A stretch of DNA of 64,000 nt, taken from assembly GCA_038231455.1 (NCBI GenBank), contig JBBRLI010000008.1:32001-96000 (forward strand). Direction: 5' to 3'. Below, in pieces: positions 31,165 through 39,633 of this stretch (position 1 is the first letter of the stretch; each line of letters opens with the position of its first letter). This DNA is from Vulcanimicrobiales bacterium. GTDB lineage: Bacteria > Vulcanimicrobiota > Vulcanimicrobiia > Vulcanimicrobiales > Vulcanimicrobiaceae. The translations under genes were made by a program, and so were the position numbers. Below the pieces are notes generated by a model. The model ran no database searches. It saw only the letters and a list, made by a program, of their open reading frames with translations, and was not told where the DNA came from.

Positions 31165-31235
31165 GTCCGCGGCGTGCAGCCCTAGCGCTTCTCGTCGTCG
31201 TTTTATTCGCCGGTGGAACGGCCGTTCATGGGGCG

Positions 31236-31847
31236 GTGGCCGCGTCGGATTGCCCGGAAGCAAAAGAGATGCGTGCGACCGGAGATCGGTTATGGCTGGG
31301 TTGCAGGGCGCCGACGATGCTTCGATGGCTGCATCGTCAGCCGCTTGGCCATGCATTCGAACCGAACGTAGCCGATGGTTTCTTTGGATCTCGAAAATCA
31401 CAAAAAACGACAGCAGTCGATTCGCTTCCCGATATAACGCGTGTCCAAGGCAAATCTATTTCGTGGGGACTCGGAAAAGGCGGCCCGGTTCGCTACGATG
31501 TAAATGTCGACCGCGTGCTCGCCATTCTTGCATATGAGACGGGCGATCCGTCTTGGTATCAGCGGGCGGTCGAACGCGTGAGTCGCGACATTCCCGAGCG
31601 CGGCGGTGGGATGAATCTTGCTGCCTACGTTAGCGCTCGAGGGCTTCGGATCGGTTCCTCGGTGGCCCAAGTTGCTCGCGTCTTTGGGCCCGTCAAGTTG
31701 ATCCAACTCGCCGATGGTTTTAAGGCAGCGTATTTTGAGCGCCTAACGATTCCGTGCGCGGGTTGCTCTCCGATTAGCTTTCAATCGGCGTTTGTGTTTC
31801 GAGCCGGATACGTGACCGGAATATCGTACGCCGTGGGCGCGGTGTAG
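31236..31847 (+). CDS. Hypothetical exported protein
   Basis: 203-aa ORF; an in-frame signal-peptide-like stretch (PRRAALALLVVVLFA) lies upstream of the first canonical start. Confidence 0.5.
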   Translation: MAASDCPEAKEMRATGDRLWLGCRAPTMLRWLHRQPLGHAFEPNVADGFFGSRKSQKTTAVDSLPDITRVQGKSISWGLGKGGPVRYDVNVDRVLAILAYETGDPSWYQRAVERVSRDIPERGGGMNLAAYVSARGLRIGSSVAQVARVFGPVKLIQLADGFKAAYFERLTIPCAGCSPISFQSAFVFRAGYVTGISYAVGAV

Positions 31848-31871
31848 CGCCGTCCTGGTCGAGCCTCACGG

Positions 31872-31908
31872 TTGACGGAAGTGAATTTCGTTATTATAAT
31901 AACGAAAT
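31872..31908 (+). promoter_or_regulatory. Sigma70 promoter overlapped by a perfect 24-bp palindromic operator
   Basis: TTGACG-17 nt-TATAAT; ATTTCGTTATTA/TAATAACGAAAT at 31885-31908. Confidence 0.85.
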
Positions 31909-31935
31909 CGCTCGACTTACCACATTGAGGGCACC

Positions 31936-32820
31936 ATGGGCACATTTGTCATCCATGCGCACGGTCGGTTACAGGAGTGGGTCGCCAAGGTAAAGGGCTA
32001 CTACGAAGCCGAGGGGCTGACCGACTACGTCCTCAAGCAAAACGATTTAGGCGATAAGGACGTCGATCCGGCGGTATTCGCCGATGATGGCAAGCGCTAC
32101 GGGGCCTACGAATCGTACGAGAAGGGCCGTGAAGCGACGGTCAGCTGCGCGTGCCACTGGACCGTGAACATGGCGGCTTCTGCCGATCACGGCACGCTTT
32201 GGGGTGACTGTTATTCCATCACACCGGGCGCGATCATGGTTCCGCCCGAATCGCCGCTCCGCTCGCCCGCGGATCTCGCTGGCGTTGAAGTTGCCGTCGG
32301 CTACCATTCGGGCAGCCACTACGCGACGATTCAGGCGCTTGAGAAATATCTGCGGCCGGATGAGATCAAGCTGCGCTTTGGCGGTGTTCCGGACGAACGC
32401 GTCGATGCGATGATCGCGCGCGACGTGCCGGCCGCCGATGTCTTCGGAATGCAACTCTACGTGCTCGAGCAACTCGGGTTTCGCAAGATTACGGATACGA
32501 CGTTCATGATTGCCGGCATGGTTTCCAAGGATGCGAACATGGATGATGTCCGAAAATACTATGCGGCACTGCGCCGCGCGCAAGCGGACATCGATCTGAT
32601 GCACCAAGAGTACGTTCGCTTCTACGCAAACGAATTGCCGAAGCGCTTTGCGGATCTCGTCGATGTCGGGCGATTCGGTCCCGGCGAGCGACTCGTGTTC
32701 GAGCCGTATACGAAAACGATGTACGAAGACACGCACCGCTGGGTTGAAGAGCGCGGAATCTTCGAGGAATCGGCCGTGGGTCGCGCGGCGTTCGAAGACG
32801 CCGTCGTCGCCGTACGCTAA
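31936..32820 (+). CDS. SsuA/THI5-like substrate-binding-fold protein without signal peptide
   Basis: SPLRSPADLAG.EVAV...SGSHY pattern; no hydrophobic leader. Confidence 0.65.
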   Translation: MGTFVIHAHGRLQEWVAKVKGYYEAEGLTDYVLKQNDLGDKDVDPAVFADDGKRYGAYESYEKGREATVSCACHWTVNMAASADHGTLWGDCYSITPGAIMVPPESPLRSPADLAGVEVAVGYHSGSHYATIQALEKYLRPDEIKLRFGGVPDERVDAMIARDVPAADVFGMQLYVLEQLGFRKITDTTFMIAGMVSKDANMDDVRKYYAALRRAQADIDLMHQEYVRFYANELPKRFADLVDVGRFGPGERLVFEPYTKTMYEDTHRWVEERGIFEESAVGRAAFEDAVVAVR

Positions 32821-32837
32821 TCGAACCGGAGCCCGAA

Positions 32838-33272
32838 GTGACTGCGGATTTCGATCCGCAGCACCGTGTCGGACATCTGCTGCGGCGCGCGTACGCGATT
32901 GCGAAAGCGAACACCACAGCGCGCCTCAAAGCCTCTGGCATAACGCCGATGCAGGCGGCGGCGATCATGGCGCTACGCCGCGACGGTGCTATTTCGCAGG
33001 CCGATCTCGGTCGCGCGATTGGGATGGAGCCGGCCAACATTCACGGCCTGATCGCGCGCCTACAACTGCAGAAGCTCGTCGAAGTAGAAGCGCATCCAAC
33101 CGATCAGCGTCAACTGCTCGTTCGGTTGTCGACCAAAGGCGAAAAAAGAGCGAGTGTGGTCGCCATTGCAAGCGATGAATCAGGGGCTGAGACGCTCGCT
33201 GCGCTAACGGAAGAAGAGCGGCACATGTTCCTAACCTTGCTCTCGCGCATCGTGACGTCGGAGCATTCGTAA
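32838..33272 (+). CDS. MarR family regulator
   Basis: ITPMQ, SQADLGR, DQRQLLVRLS.KG. Confidence 0.88.
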   Translation: MTADFDPQHRVGHLLRRAYAIAKANTTARLKASGITPMQAAAIMALRRDGAISQADLGRAIGMEPANIHGLIARLQLQKLVEVEAHPTDQRQLLVRLSTKGEKRASVVAIASDESGAETLAALTEEERHMFLTLLSRIVTSEHS

Positions 33273-33278
33273 ATCTCG

Positions 33279-34388
33279 CTACTTGGTAACGCGCGTTAGG
33301 GAATAGCTCGTACTGCGACCGCCCGATTCATCTTGGCGCAAGATCCCAACGTCTACTAAGGCACGAATGTCGCGAAGTGCCGTGTCCGCGGATGTCTTCG
33401 TTATGTTCGCCCACTTCGATGTTGTGAGCTTTCCCTCGAATCCATCGAGCAATTTGTTCAGCATAAGCTTTTGTCGTTCGTTGAAATTCGCTTGGCGATT
33501 CGTTTCCCAAAACGTTGCCTTGGTAAGCACGGTTTTGAGTTCACCTTCGGCTTCTTCTAGTGCGCGATGAAAACAGCGTAGGAACCAGCCGATCCACGCC
33601 GTTACATCGAGGTCGCCCTTTTGGGCCGCTTCGAGTTGATCGTAATAGGCCGATCGCTCATCGCGTATACGTCGCGACATGCTATAAAATCGCTGTGCCG
33701 TCCCTTCGGAACGCGCGAGGATCAGATCGGTGAGCGCGCGAGCGATCCGCCCATTCCCATCGTCGAACGGGTGGATCGTTACGAACCAAAGATGCGCGAT
33801 CGCGGCTTGCACAACGGGATCGAGATCCGCCGTCGGCTCGGCGAGCCAGGCAAGAAGTGCCTCCATCTCCCGATCGATCTCGGAGGCTGGCGGTGCTTGG
33901 TAGTGCACGTACTCGCTGCCGATTCGACCGGAAACGACCTGCATCGGGCCCAATCGATCGTCGCGCCATGCGCCAACGGTAATGCGATTCACTCCGCTCC
34001 GCCCCGTCGGGAAGAGCGCGGCATGCCATCCAAAAAGCCGATCGGCAGTCACCGGCTCATCGTACTTTTGGGTCGCGTCGAGCGTCATCGCAACGACGCC
34101 GTCGACGTTGCGATCGCTGGAAACGAGCGCGCCGATTTCAATGCCAAGGCGTCGAGCGATGGACGACCGTACTTGGCTCCGGTCGAGGGTCTCGCCCTCG
34201 ATTTCCGTTGAGGTTAGGACCTCGTCCGTTAGGCTCAGGAGCGTCGCCTCCGCTCGTGCCAGAAAGCCGAGCCCCTCCATGCGGCCAAGCAAGCGGCCTT
34301 GTAGGTGGCGTGCCGCTGCGAGCGGTACCGACAATCGGTCCCGGTCAAAAGCAAACTGCGGCAATGATGGCCGTTCGTAGACGTACAT
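33279..34388 (-). CDS. Fic family protein (DUF4172 + Fic + wHTH)
   Basis: HPFDDGNGRIAR; C-terminal TALRDI..L...GGRSTSY. Confidence 0.9.
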   Translation of the reverse strand: MYVYERPSLPQFAFDRDRLSVPLAAARHLQGRLLGRMEGLGFLARAEATLLSLTDEVLTSTEIEGETLDRSQVRSSIARRLGIEIGALVSSDRNVDGVVAMTLDATQKYDEPVTADRLFGWHAALFPTGRSGVNRITVGAWRDDRLGPMQVVSGRIGSEYVHYQAPPASEIDREMEALLAWLAEPTADLDPVVQAAIAHLWFVTIHPFDDGNGRIARALTDLILARSEGTAQRFYSMSRRIRDERSAYYDQLEAAQKGDLDVTAWIGWFLRCFHRALEEAEGELKTVLTKATFWETNRQANFNERQKLMLNKLLDGFEGKLTTSKWANITKTSADTALRDIRALVDVGILRQDESGGRSTSYSLTRVTK

Positions 34389-34392
34389 GCCC

Positions 34393-34506
34393 TAATCTCC
34401 GCACTTTATGCGGCTATTATAGGGCAAATGAACCGCTGTGGCAAATAATCCCCGCATTAAATGCGGCGTTTAGGAGCGATATTCGCCGCATGCACGTCGC
34501 CGATAT
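34393..34506. promoter_or_regulatory. Repeated CCGCA-N5-TGCGG palindromes upstream of fic
   Basis: Copies at 34399-34413 and 34452-34466, degenerate third copy near 34486. Confidence 0.6.
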
Positions 34507-34513
34507 CGGCTGG

Positions 34514-34843
34514 CTAGCGCCGGAGCGATGCCGCCGCGCCGATGGCCGTGAGCATCACGAAAATCATGAATCCCATTGACGTCCAGGTGTTTGGATTGAG
34601 GTCACCGCCTATCCAGAACGCGAGAGCGACGAAGCCGCACGTGATCGTGCGCTTGAGGATCGTCCGCTGCGGCGGAAGCTCGCGCGCCCCGAAGATCACG
34701 CTTGCTAGGAACAGCGTGATCGCGAAGATCGCGATTCGGCCGAGCGTCGATCGGCTCGTATCCCGCAGGTCTTCGATACTGACCATGATGAGCGCAAAGA
34801 TGCGCGTCCGTGTAAGGCCGGCGCTCCCCCCGGCTATTTGCAT
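34514..34843 (-). CDS. Small three-TM hypothetical membrane protein
   Basis: Three hydrophobic segments; follows or overlaps the upstream ORF. Start uncertain. Confidence 0.5.
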   Translation of the reverse strand: MQIAGGSAGLTRTRIFALIMVSIEDLRDTSRSTLGRIAIFAITLFLASVIFGARELPPQRTILKRTITCGFVALAFWIGGDLNPNTWTSMGFMIFVMLTAIGAAASLRR

Positions 34844-35385
34844 TCGATCGTGACGTCGCTAGTCGCGTCTTTGAAATGCGCCGATTTAACGTGTCCACTC
34901 GCGCACGCCGCAACCGCCTGCGCTGCAGCGCCGCCGCCTTCACTTTTATGGCCGGGCGGATGGATGATGGCATCCGCGATCGTGCCGATCGCGAGCTCGC
35001 GAGCGAGGCCCTTTCCGTGCTCTAAGAAGAAGGCGCCGATTTTCTTTGCAAAAGGAACGGCCGTCGCGGCAGCGCTCGTCGCGACGGCTCCCCCCGCGGT
35101 TCTGGCTGCGACCGCACCACCGGCTGCGGCCGCGCCTTCGAGCGCCGCGCCGCCGCCGACCGCTGCCGCCCCCGCATCGACGGCAAGGTCGAGACCCGGG
35201 ACGAATTGCACGGCGATCGCGCCGAGCACGACCGCCCCGGTAATAAGCCCGCGATTTTCCGGTGCTCCGCGATCGATACGATCGACGCCGAGGGTCGGCC
35301 GCGGCGGCGACGGCGGCTGGGGCGCGGGGCCTGCACGTGGAGTCGGGGTCGCCGAGATCGGGTCGGTTCGCAGAACGGTCGGCAT
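34834..35385 (-). CDS. Pro-rich, Ala/Gly-rich hypothetical protein
   Basis: GAGGT SD before ATG; hydrophobic AVQFVPGLD region. Confidence 0.55.
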   Translation of the reverse strand: MPTVLRTDPISATPTPRAGPAPQPPSPPRPTLGVDRIDRGAPENRGLITGAVVLGAIAVQFVPGLDLAVDAGAAAVGGGAALEGAAAAGGAVAARTAGGAVATSAAATAVPFAKKIGAFFLEHGKGLARELAIGTIADAIIHPPGHKSEGGGAAAQAVAACASGHVKSAHFKDATSDVTIECK

Positions 35386-35505
35386 CGCGCACCTCGCAAA
35401 ATCGAGTTTGGTGCCCGCCGTTCACGATTCGCGGTTCCGTCGACTAGGGTCGGGAGTCGCCGCGCCTCGTCGTTTTCGCCTAGCGCAAAAACTAGGTGTC
35501 GGAAC

Positions 35506-35549
35506 AGTAGCAGTGGCTACACCATCGACTTACCTGACACTGCTAACCT
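35506..35549 (+). promoter_or_regulatory. Putative Crp-family-activated puf promoter
   Basis: GTAG-CAGTGG-CTAC palindrome (GTA-N8-TAC), then 23 nt, then TAACCT preceded by TGC (extended -10). Confidence 0.5.
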
Positions 35550-35608
35550 TGGGAAAGAGCCGCGCCTCACGGGCCGGCCGACACGCACATCTGAATGGAG
35601 GGGTTCTC

Positions 35609-35791
35609 GTGGCTACGATGGATCCGAGCGCGGTTTATGAGGTCGGAAACGATCAGGTTCCGGAAGTCTACCGCGATTTTTTCAACAACGCCGACTGGAC
35701 CGCACACCGCTTCACGGTGTATGGCAGCTGGGTATTTTTCGTTGTCGCAGTCGTCGCTCACATTTTTGTGTGGGCCTGGCGTCCGTGGTAG
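35609..35791 (+). CDS. pufB: Light-harvesting antenna beta polypeptide (Chloroflexota B808-866-like)
   Basis: Hidden at the 3' end of ORF 34838..35791; GGAGG SD + GTG; NDQVPEVYRDFFNNADWTAH...AVVAH..VWAWRPW. Confidence 0.92.
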   Translation: MATMDPSAVYEVGNDQVPEVYRDFFNNADWTAHRFTVYGSWVFFVVAVVAHIFVWAWRPW

Positions 35792-35806
35792 CGGGAGGAT
35801 AAGCAT

Positions 35807-35992
35807 ATGATCGCACGTCGACCGTATAACTTCCGCGCAACCCTGGGGGCATACGTGCTCGCCGGAGTCGTTGTCGCCTTTTTAATCCACTTCATAGTAC
35901 TCTCGTCACCGAAGTACAACTGGATTTTCCCGCAAAATGGGATGACGACCGCGGGATCGACTCAAGTCAATCCGGCACCGGGCGCTAAGTAG
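35807..35992 (+). CDS. pufA: Light-harvesting antenna alpha polypeptide
   Basis: GGAGG SD; AFLIHFIVLSSPKYNW, AxxxH BChl-ligand motif. Confidence 0.92.
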   Translation: MIARRPYNFRATLGAYVLAGVVVAFLIHFIVLSSPKYNWIFPQNGMTTAGSTQVNPAPGAK

Positions 35993-36026
35993 CACCTGAT
36001 TCCTTACCCTCCGTGGTCTGAGCGTG

Positions 36027-36076
36027 GCGGATGCGTCCGTACGATTGTCGAGATGACGATCGTCCGGACGAACCGC
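36027..36076 (+). other. pufA-pufL intercistronic stem-loop
   Basis: GCGG..CGTCCG.ACGATTGTC-GAGAT-GACGATCGT.CGGACG..CCGC. Confidence 0.7.
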
Positions 36077-36089
36077 ATGGAGAATCCCG

Positions 36090-36917
36090 ATGCTTGAGTT
36101 CGAAGCCGTCTATCGTAAACCCGGAAACACGCTCTTTCGGCACCTTTTAGGCACCGATCCATTTGATTGGTGGGCCGGCCGCTATTATGTGGGCCTCTGG
36201 GGCGTCGTCTCGATGCTCTTCACGCTCATCGGCGTTGCGGTACTTTTCACCGCCGTCGGACAGTATGGCGACTGGGATCTCTGGCGCGCGAACGTGCATG
36301 CGCCGCTTCGCACCTACGGCCTTGGCTTCGCACCGTTCCTTGATGGCGGCGCTTGGGCAGTCGTGGTTATTTGTGCGACCGGAGCGTTTGTCTCGTGGCT
36401 GCTGCGCGAAATCGATATCTGCCGCAAGCTTGAGATGGGCTATCACGTCCCGCTCATGTTTGGCTTTGCAATTTCCGCCTGGGTAACGCTGCAGATCATC
36501 CGTCCTCTATGGATGGGTTGCTGGTGTGAGGGATTCGATCTCTCGTTCACCGGCCACTTAACGTGGGTCAGCAACACCGGCTTCCGCTATCAAAACTTTT
36601 ATCTCAATCCGTTCCACGCGCTCGGCGTCACCGGTTTCTTCTTAACGGCCATGGTGCTCGCGATGCACGGCAGCGCGATTCTGGGCACGTACAACACCTC
36701 GAAAAATCCGGTGCAAGAAGAAGCCAACGTCGATAACTTTTGGCGCGACTATATCGGATACTCGATCGGCGAGTACGGCATTCACTGGCTCGGGTTCTGG
36801 CTTGCGATCTTTACGCTCGTCGTCTCGGACCTCTGCATCCTAACCTCCGGCACGATCTTCTACGACTGGGTCGAGTTCTGGCAGTTCCAGCACCTCCCGG
36901 CCTTCTGGCTTCACTAG
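36090..36917 (+). CDS. pufL: Type II reaction centre L subunit
   Basis: DPFDWW...YVG, WLLREIDIC, GHLTWVSN, NPFH, AMHG, GYSIG..GIH. Confidence 0.96.
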   Translation: MLEFEAVYRKPGNTLFRHLLGTDPFDWWAGRYYVGLWGVVSMLFTLIGVAVLFTAVGQYGDWDLWRANVHAPLRTYGLGFAPFLDGGAWAVVVICATGAFVSWLLREIDICRKLEMGYHVPLMFGFAISAWVTLQIIRPLWMGCWCEGFDLSFTGHLTWVSNTGFRYQNFYLNPFHALGVTGFFLTAMVLAMHGSAILGTYNTSKNPVQEEANVDNFWRDYIGYSIGEYGIHWLGFWLAIFTLVVSDLCILTSGTIFYDWVEFWQFQHLPAFWLH

Positions 36918-36930
36918 GAGAGCGCGCGAT

Positions 36931-37935
36931 ATGGCAACCGTCATCACTCGTCCGGTCATCGAGATGCCGCCGGTGCAGCATCCCGACCCGAGCCCGCTCG
37001 ATCACAACGATTTACTCGGCGTCCGCATCGGCGAACCGTTCCGCGTCCCGTTCTTAAAACGGTTTGGCGTTGACACGCAACTCGGAACGCTGTGGCTCGG
37101 TACGTGGGGCATTCTCTCGGTGATGCTTTTCGTCGCGGGACTCGGTGTGCAGTTCCTCGCCGGCGTGACCGCGATGAACGGCGACATTCTTTCCTACCTG
37201 CACTATTTTGCCAACATTCAGCTGCTGCCGCCGGATGGTCTCGGACCCGCGAAGAGCCTCTCGGCCGGCGGGTTCTGGCAGATCAACGTGTTGCTGTGGG
37301 CGGGATCCGTTCTCTGCTGGGCTGGCCGCTGTTACGAGCGCCTCATGCGCTACCAGTGGCGCCCGTATCTCTTCTTCGCGTGGCTCTCGGCGATTCTGCT
37401 GACGGCCACGATCTGGGTCTTCCGTCCGCTGCTCATGGGCACGTGGGCCGAAGCTCCGGCGATGGGCCTCAACGGCGATCTCGACTGGGCGCAAAACTTC
37501 AGCGTCCTCTGGGGCAACCTGTATTACAACCCCTGGCACATGCTCGCGATCTTCTTCCTGTTCGGATCGACGATGCTCTGGGGTATGCACGGCGCAACGA
37601 TTCTTGCAACGTCGGCTGAGGGCAGCCATCACGAAGTCGCCGAGATCAAAGACATGCACTCGGGCTCGCACAAGTCGATGCTCTTCTGGCGCTGGGTAAT
37701 GGGCTTCAATGCGAACCCCAAAACGATTCACGATTGGATCTGGTGGTTCTCCGTTGGTGTGGTTGTCAGCTCGGCGATCGGCATCATCACGACCGGCACG
37801 TTCGTCAATGATTGGTACGTCTGGGGTGTCGACCACGGCATCGTTGCACAGTACGGCGATATGACGCGCGATGCGGTCAATCAACGGCCGGTTCCGATGG
37901 ATGTCAACGTCATCACGGGCATGCCGCGGCCTTAG
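36931..37935 (+). CDS. pufM: Type II reaction centre M subunit
   Basis: GGFWQ, NLYYNPWH, MHGATIL, LFWRWVMGFNA, IH, WYVWG..HG. Confidence 0.96.
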   Translation: MATVITRPVIEMPPVQHPDPSPLDHNDLLGVRIGEPFRVPFLKRFGVDTQLGTLWLGTWGILSVMLFVAGLGVQFLAGVTAMNGDILSYLHYFANIQLLPPDGLGPAKSLSAGGFWQINVLLWAGSVLCWAGRCYERLMRYQWRPYLFFAWLSAILLTATIWVFRPLLMGTWAEAPAMGLNGDLDWAQNFSVLWGNLYYNPWHMLAIFFLFGSTMLWGMHGATILATSAEGSHHEVAEIKDMHSGSHKSMLFWRWVMGFNANPKTIHDWIWWFSVGVVVSSAIGIITTGTFVNDWYVWGVDHGIVAQYGDMTRDAVNQRPVPMDVNVITGMPRP

Positions 37936-37947
37936 GGATACAACAGA

Positions 37948-38880
37948 ATGAATATGAAACGTTTGCTCGGTCCGCTCGTCATCGTCTGCACGCTTGCCCT
38001 CGCGGGCATCGCACAGCCGCTGCTCGATACGGCGCGCGCCGCAAGTCCGGATAAACCGATTACGGGCAATAATAGCCCGCTCGGTGTCGGGCACTTCGAT
38101 CGTAATCCGGCGGCAGCCGAAAAAGGCTACGGACCGGTCGACCAAACCGTGCCGATGGACTTCTCAACCCAGAATGCGAACGTGCCGAAGAACTACGTTC
38201 CGGGCAAACTCTACAACGTACAAGTGCTCAAAAAGTACACGTACGCAACGCTTTTGAACCAAATGAACTACTACACGCAGTCGCTCGGCGTGCAGTGCAC
38301 CTACTGCCACAACGTGCAGAACTTCGCGTACGATACGGGCACGAAAAAGATCGCTCGCACGATGCAAATCATGTCGAACGAAGTCGCCTCAGGCTGGGTC
38401 GATCCGGTCAAACACGACTACCCCAATTACAGCGTGAGCGGGGCCGTCGGCTGCGTCACCTGCCACCGCGGCGCACCGCGCATGGGCGTGAAGTGGAACA
38501 TCGTCCCCGTCGCCTATCTGGACTACAAGGCAAAGACGACAAAGCAAGCCGGCTACGTTGTGAACTCGATGTACTCTGCGGCAAAGTCGCTTGGCGTGAA
38601 CTGCCTGTTCTGCCACAATACGGCGGACTTCGTCTCGCTGCAGTACTACCCGACGAACAAAATCGCGCACCGCATGTGGGCGATGGTCGACAAAATCAAT
38701 CACGAATATTTGCCAGCAAATGTTAAGGCTGTCACCTGCTATACGTGTCACCAGGGTGCGAAATGGCCCCAGGCGCTCGTGACAGCGGGACTCGATCAAA
38801 CGCCGGTGGAAGCGCATGCATCTCACCCGGAAGTTCACGAGAATCCCGGTGCTCATCTCGCGTCTGGAGCAGCACACTGA
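37948..38880 (+). CDS. pufC: Reaction-centre tetraheme cytochrome c subunit
   Basis: Four CxxCH motifs (CTYCH, CVTCH, CLFCH, CYTCH), LYNVQVL, signal peptide, position after pufM. Confidence 0.93.
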   Translation: MNMKRLLGPLVIVCTLALAGIAQPLLDTARAASPDKPITGNNSPLGVGHFDRNPAAAEKGYGPVDQTVPMDFSTQNANVPKNYVPGKLYNVQVLKKYTYATLLNQMNYYTQSLGVQCTYCHNVQNFAYDTGTKKIARTMQIMSNEVASGWVDPVKHDYPNYSVSGAVGCVTCHRGAPRMGVKWNIVPVAYLDYKAKTTKQAGYVVNSMYSAAKSLGVNCLFCHNTADFVSLQYYPTNKIAHRMWAMVDKINHEYLPANVKAVTCYTCHQGAKWPQALVTAGLDQTPVEAHASHPEVHENPGAHLASGAAH

Positions 38881-39561
38881 TTGGACGTATTTTGGAGCCT
38901 ACCCAATGTTGGCGAACTCCGCGGCTTACATGAACCGCTCGCGGAGCTGTTCGTAAGCCAAGGTCAGTCGCGTCGGTTTGAATCCGACGCGTCGATCTCG
39001 GATCCCGACACCCGGCCCGCGCGCACGTTCACGTGCACCTCGGGCACCCTCAAAGTCACCAAGCTCTTAGCGAGCGGCCGTGAGATCCTCATAACGATCT
39101 TACAGGGCGGCTCGCTTTGGAGTGACCGCGCCATTCTCAATGGCTACTGGAAAGACGTCTTCATCGAAGCGATGGAGCCGGCCGAGATCGTCTCGGTCGA
39201 TAACGACGTCTTCGAAAAAATGGTCCGCGCCCGCCCTGAGCTGGTCGCGGATTTCATGTTGAACATTTCCGGCCAGGTCTCCGACGCACTGACCCTGCTC
39301 GATGACTTCCGCGGCCGCGATGTTGCCTCACGCCTCGCTCGCGTGCTCGTGAAATTCTCCAAGCAGTACGGCGTGCAGACCGAGTCCGGCGTGCGCATCG
39401 ACTTGCCGGTAACCCACCAGGACCTCGCCAACATGATCGGGACCGCCCGCGAGACCGTCTCGCGCAACATGGCCCGCTTCCGGCAACAGGGCCTCGTCCG
39501 CGACGGCCAGCAGTCGCTGGAAATCACCAACCTCAGCAGTCTCGAACAACTGATCGCCTAA
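38881..39561 (+). CDS. Crp/Fnr family regulator abutting pufC
   Basis: SGREILI, DVASRLAR, THQDLANMIGTARETVSR HTH; no Fnr Cys cluster. Confidence 0.9.
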   Translation: MDVFWSLPNVGELRGLHEPLAELFVSQGQSRRFESDASISDPDTRPARTFTCTSGTLKVTKLLASGREILITILQGGSLWSDRAILNGYWKDVFIEAMEPAEIVSVDNDVFEKMVRARPELVADFMLNISGQVSDALTLLDDFRGRDVASRLARVLVKFSKQYGVQTESGVRIDLPVTHQDLANMIGTARETVSRNMARFRQQGLVRDGQQSLEITNLSSLEQLIA

Positions 39562-39587
39562 CCCGGCGATCGATCCGGTAGCTATGA

Positions 39588-39619
39588 AGAAGCGGCGCCA
39601 AGAGGCGCCGCTTTTCGTT
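39588..39619 (+). terminator. Probable intrinsic terminator of the puf-crp operon
   Basis: AAGCGGCGCC-AAGA-GGCGCCGCTT followed by TTCGTT. Confidence 0.7.
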
Positions 39620-39633
39620 CCCTTGTCCTCTGG

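Noticed and set aside
34838-35791. 317-aa ORF as one protein
   Set aside because: Only the last 60 codons (pufB, with its own SD) look real; the rest is antisense to 34834..35385
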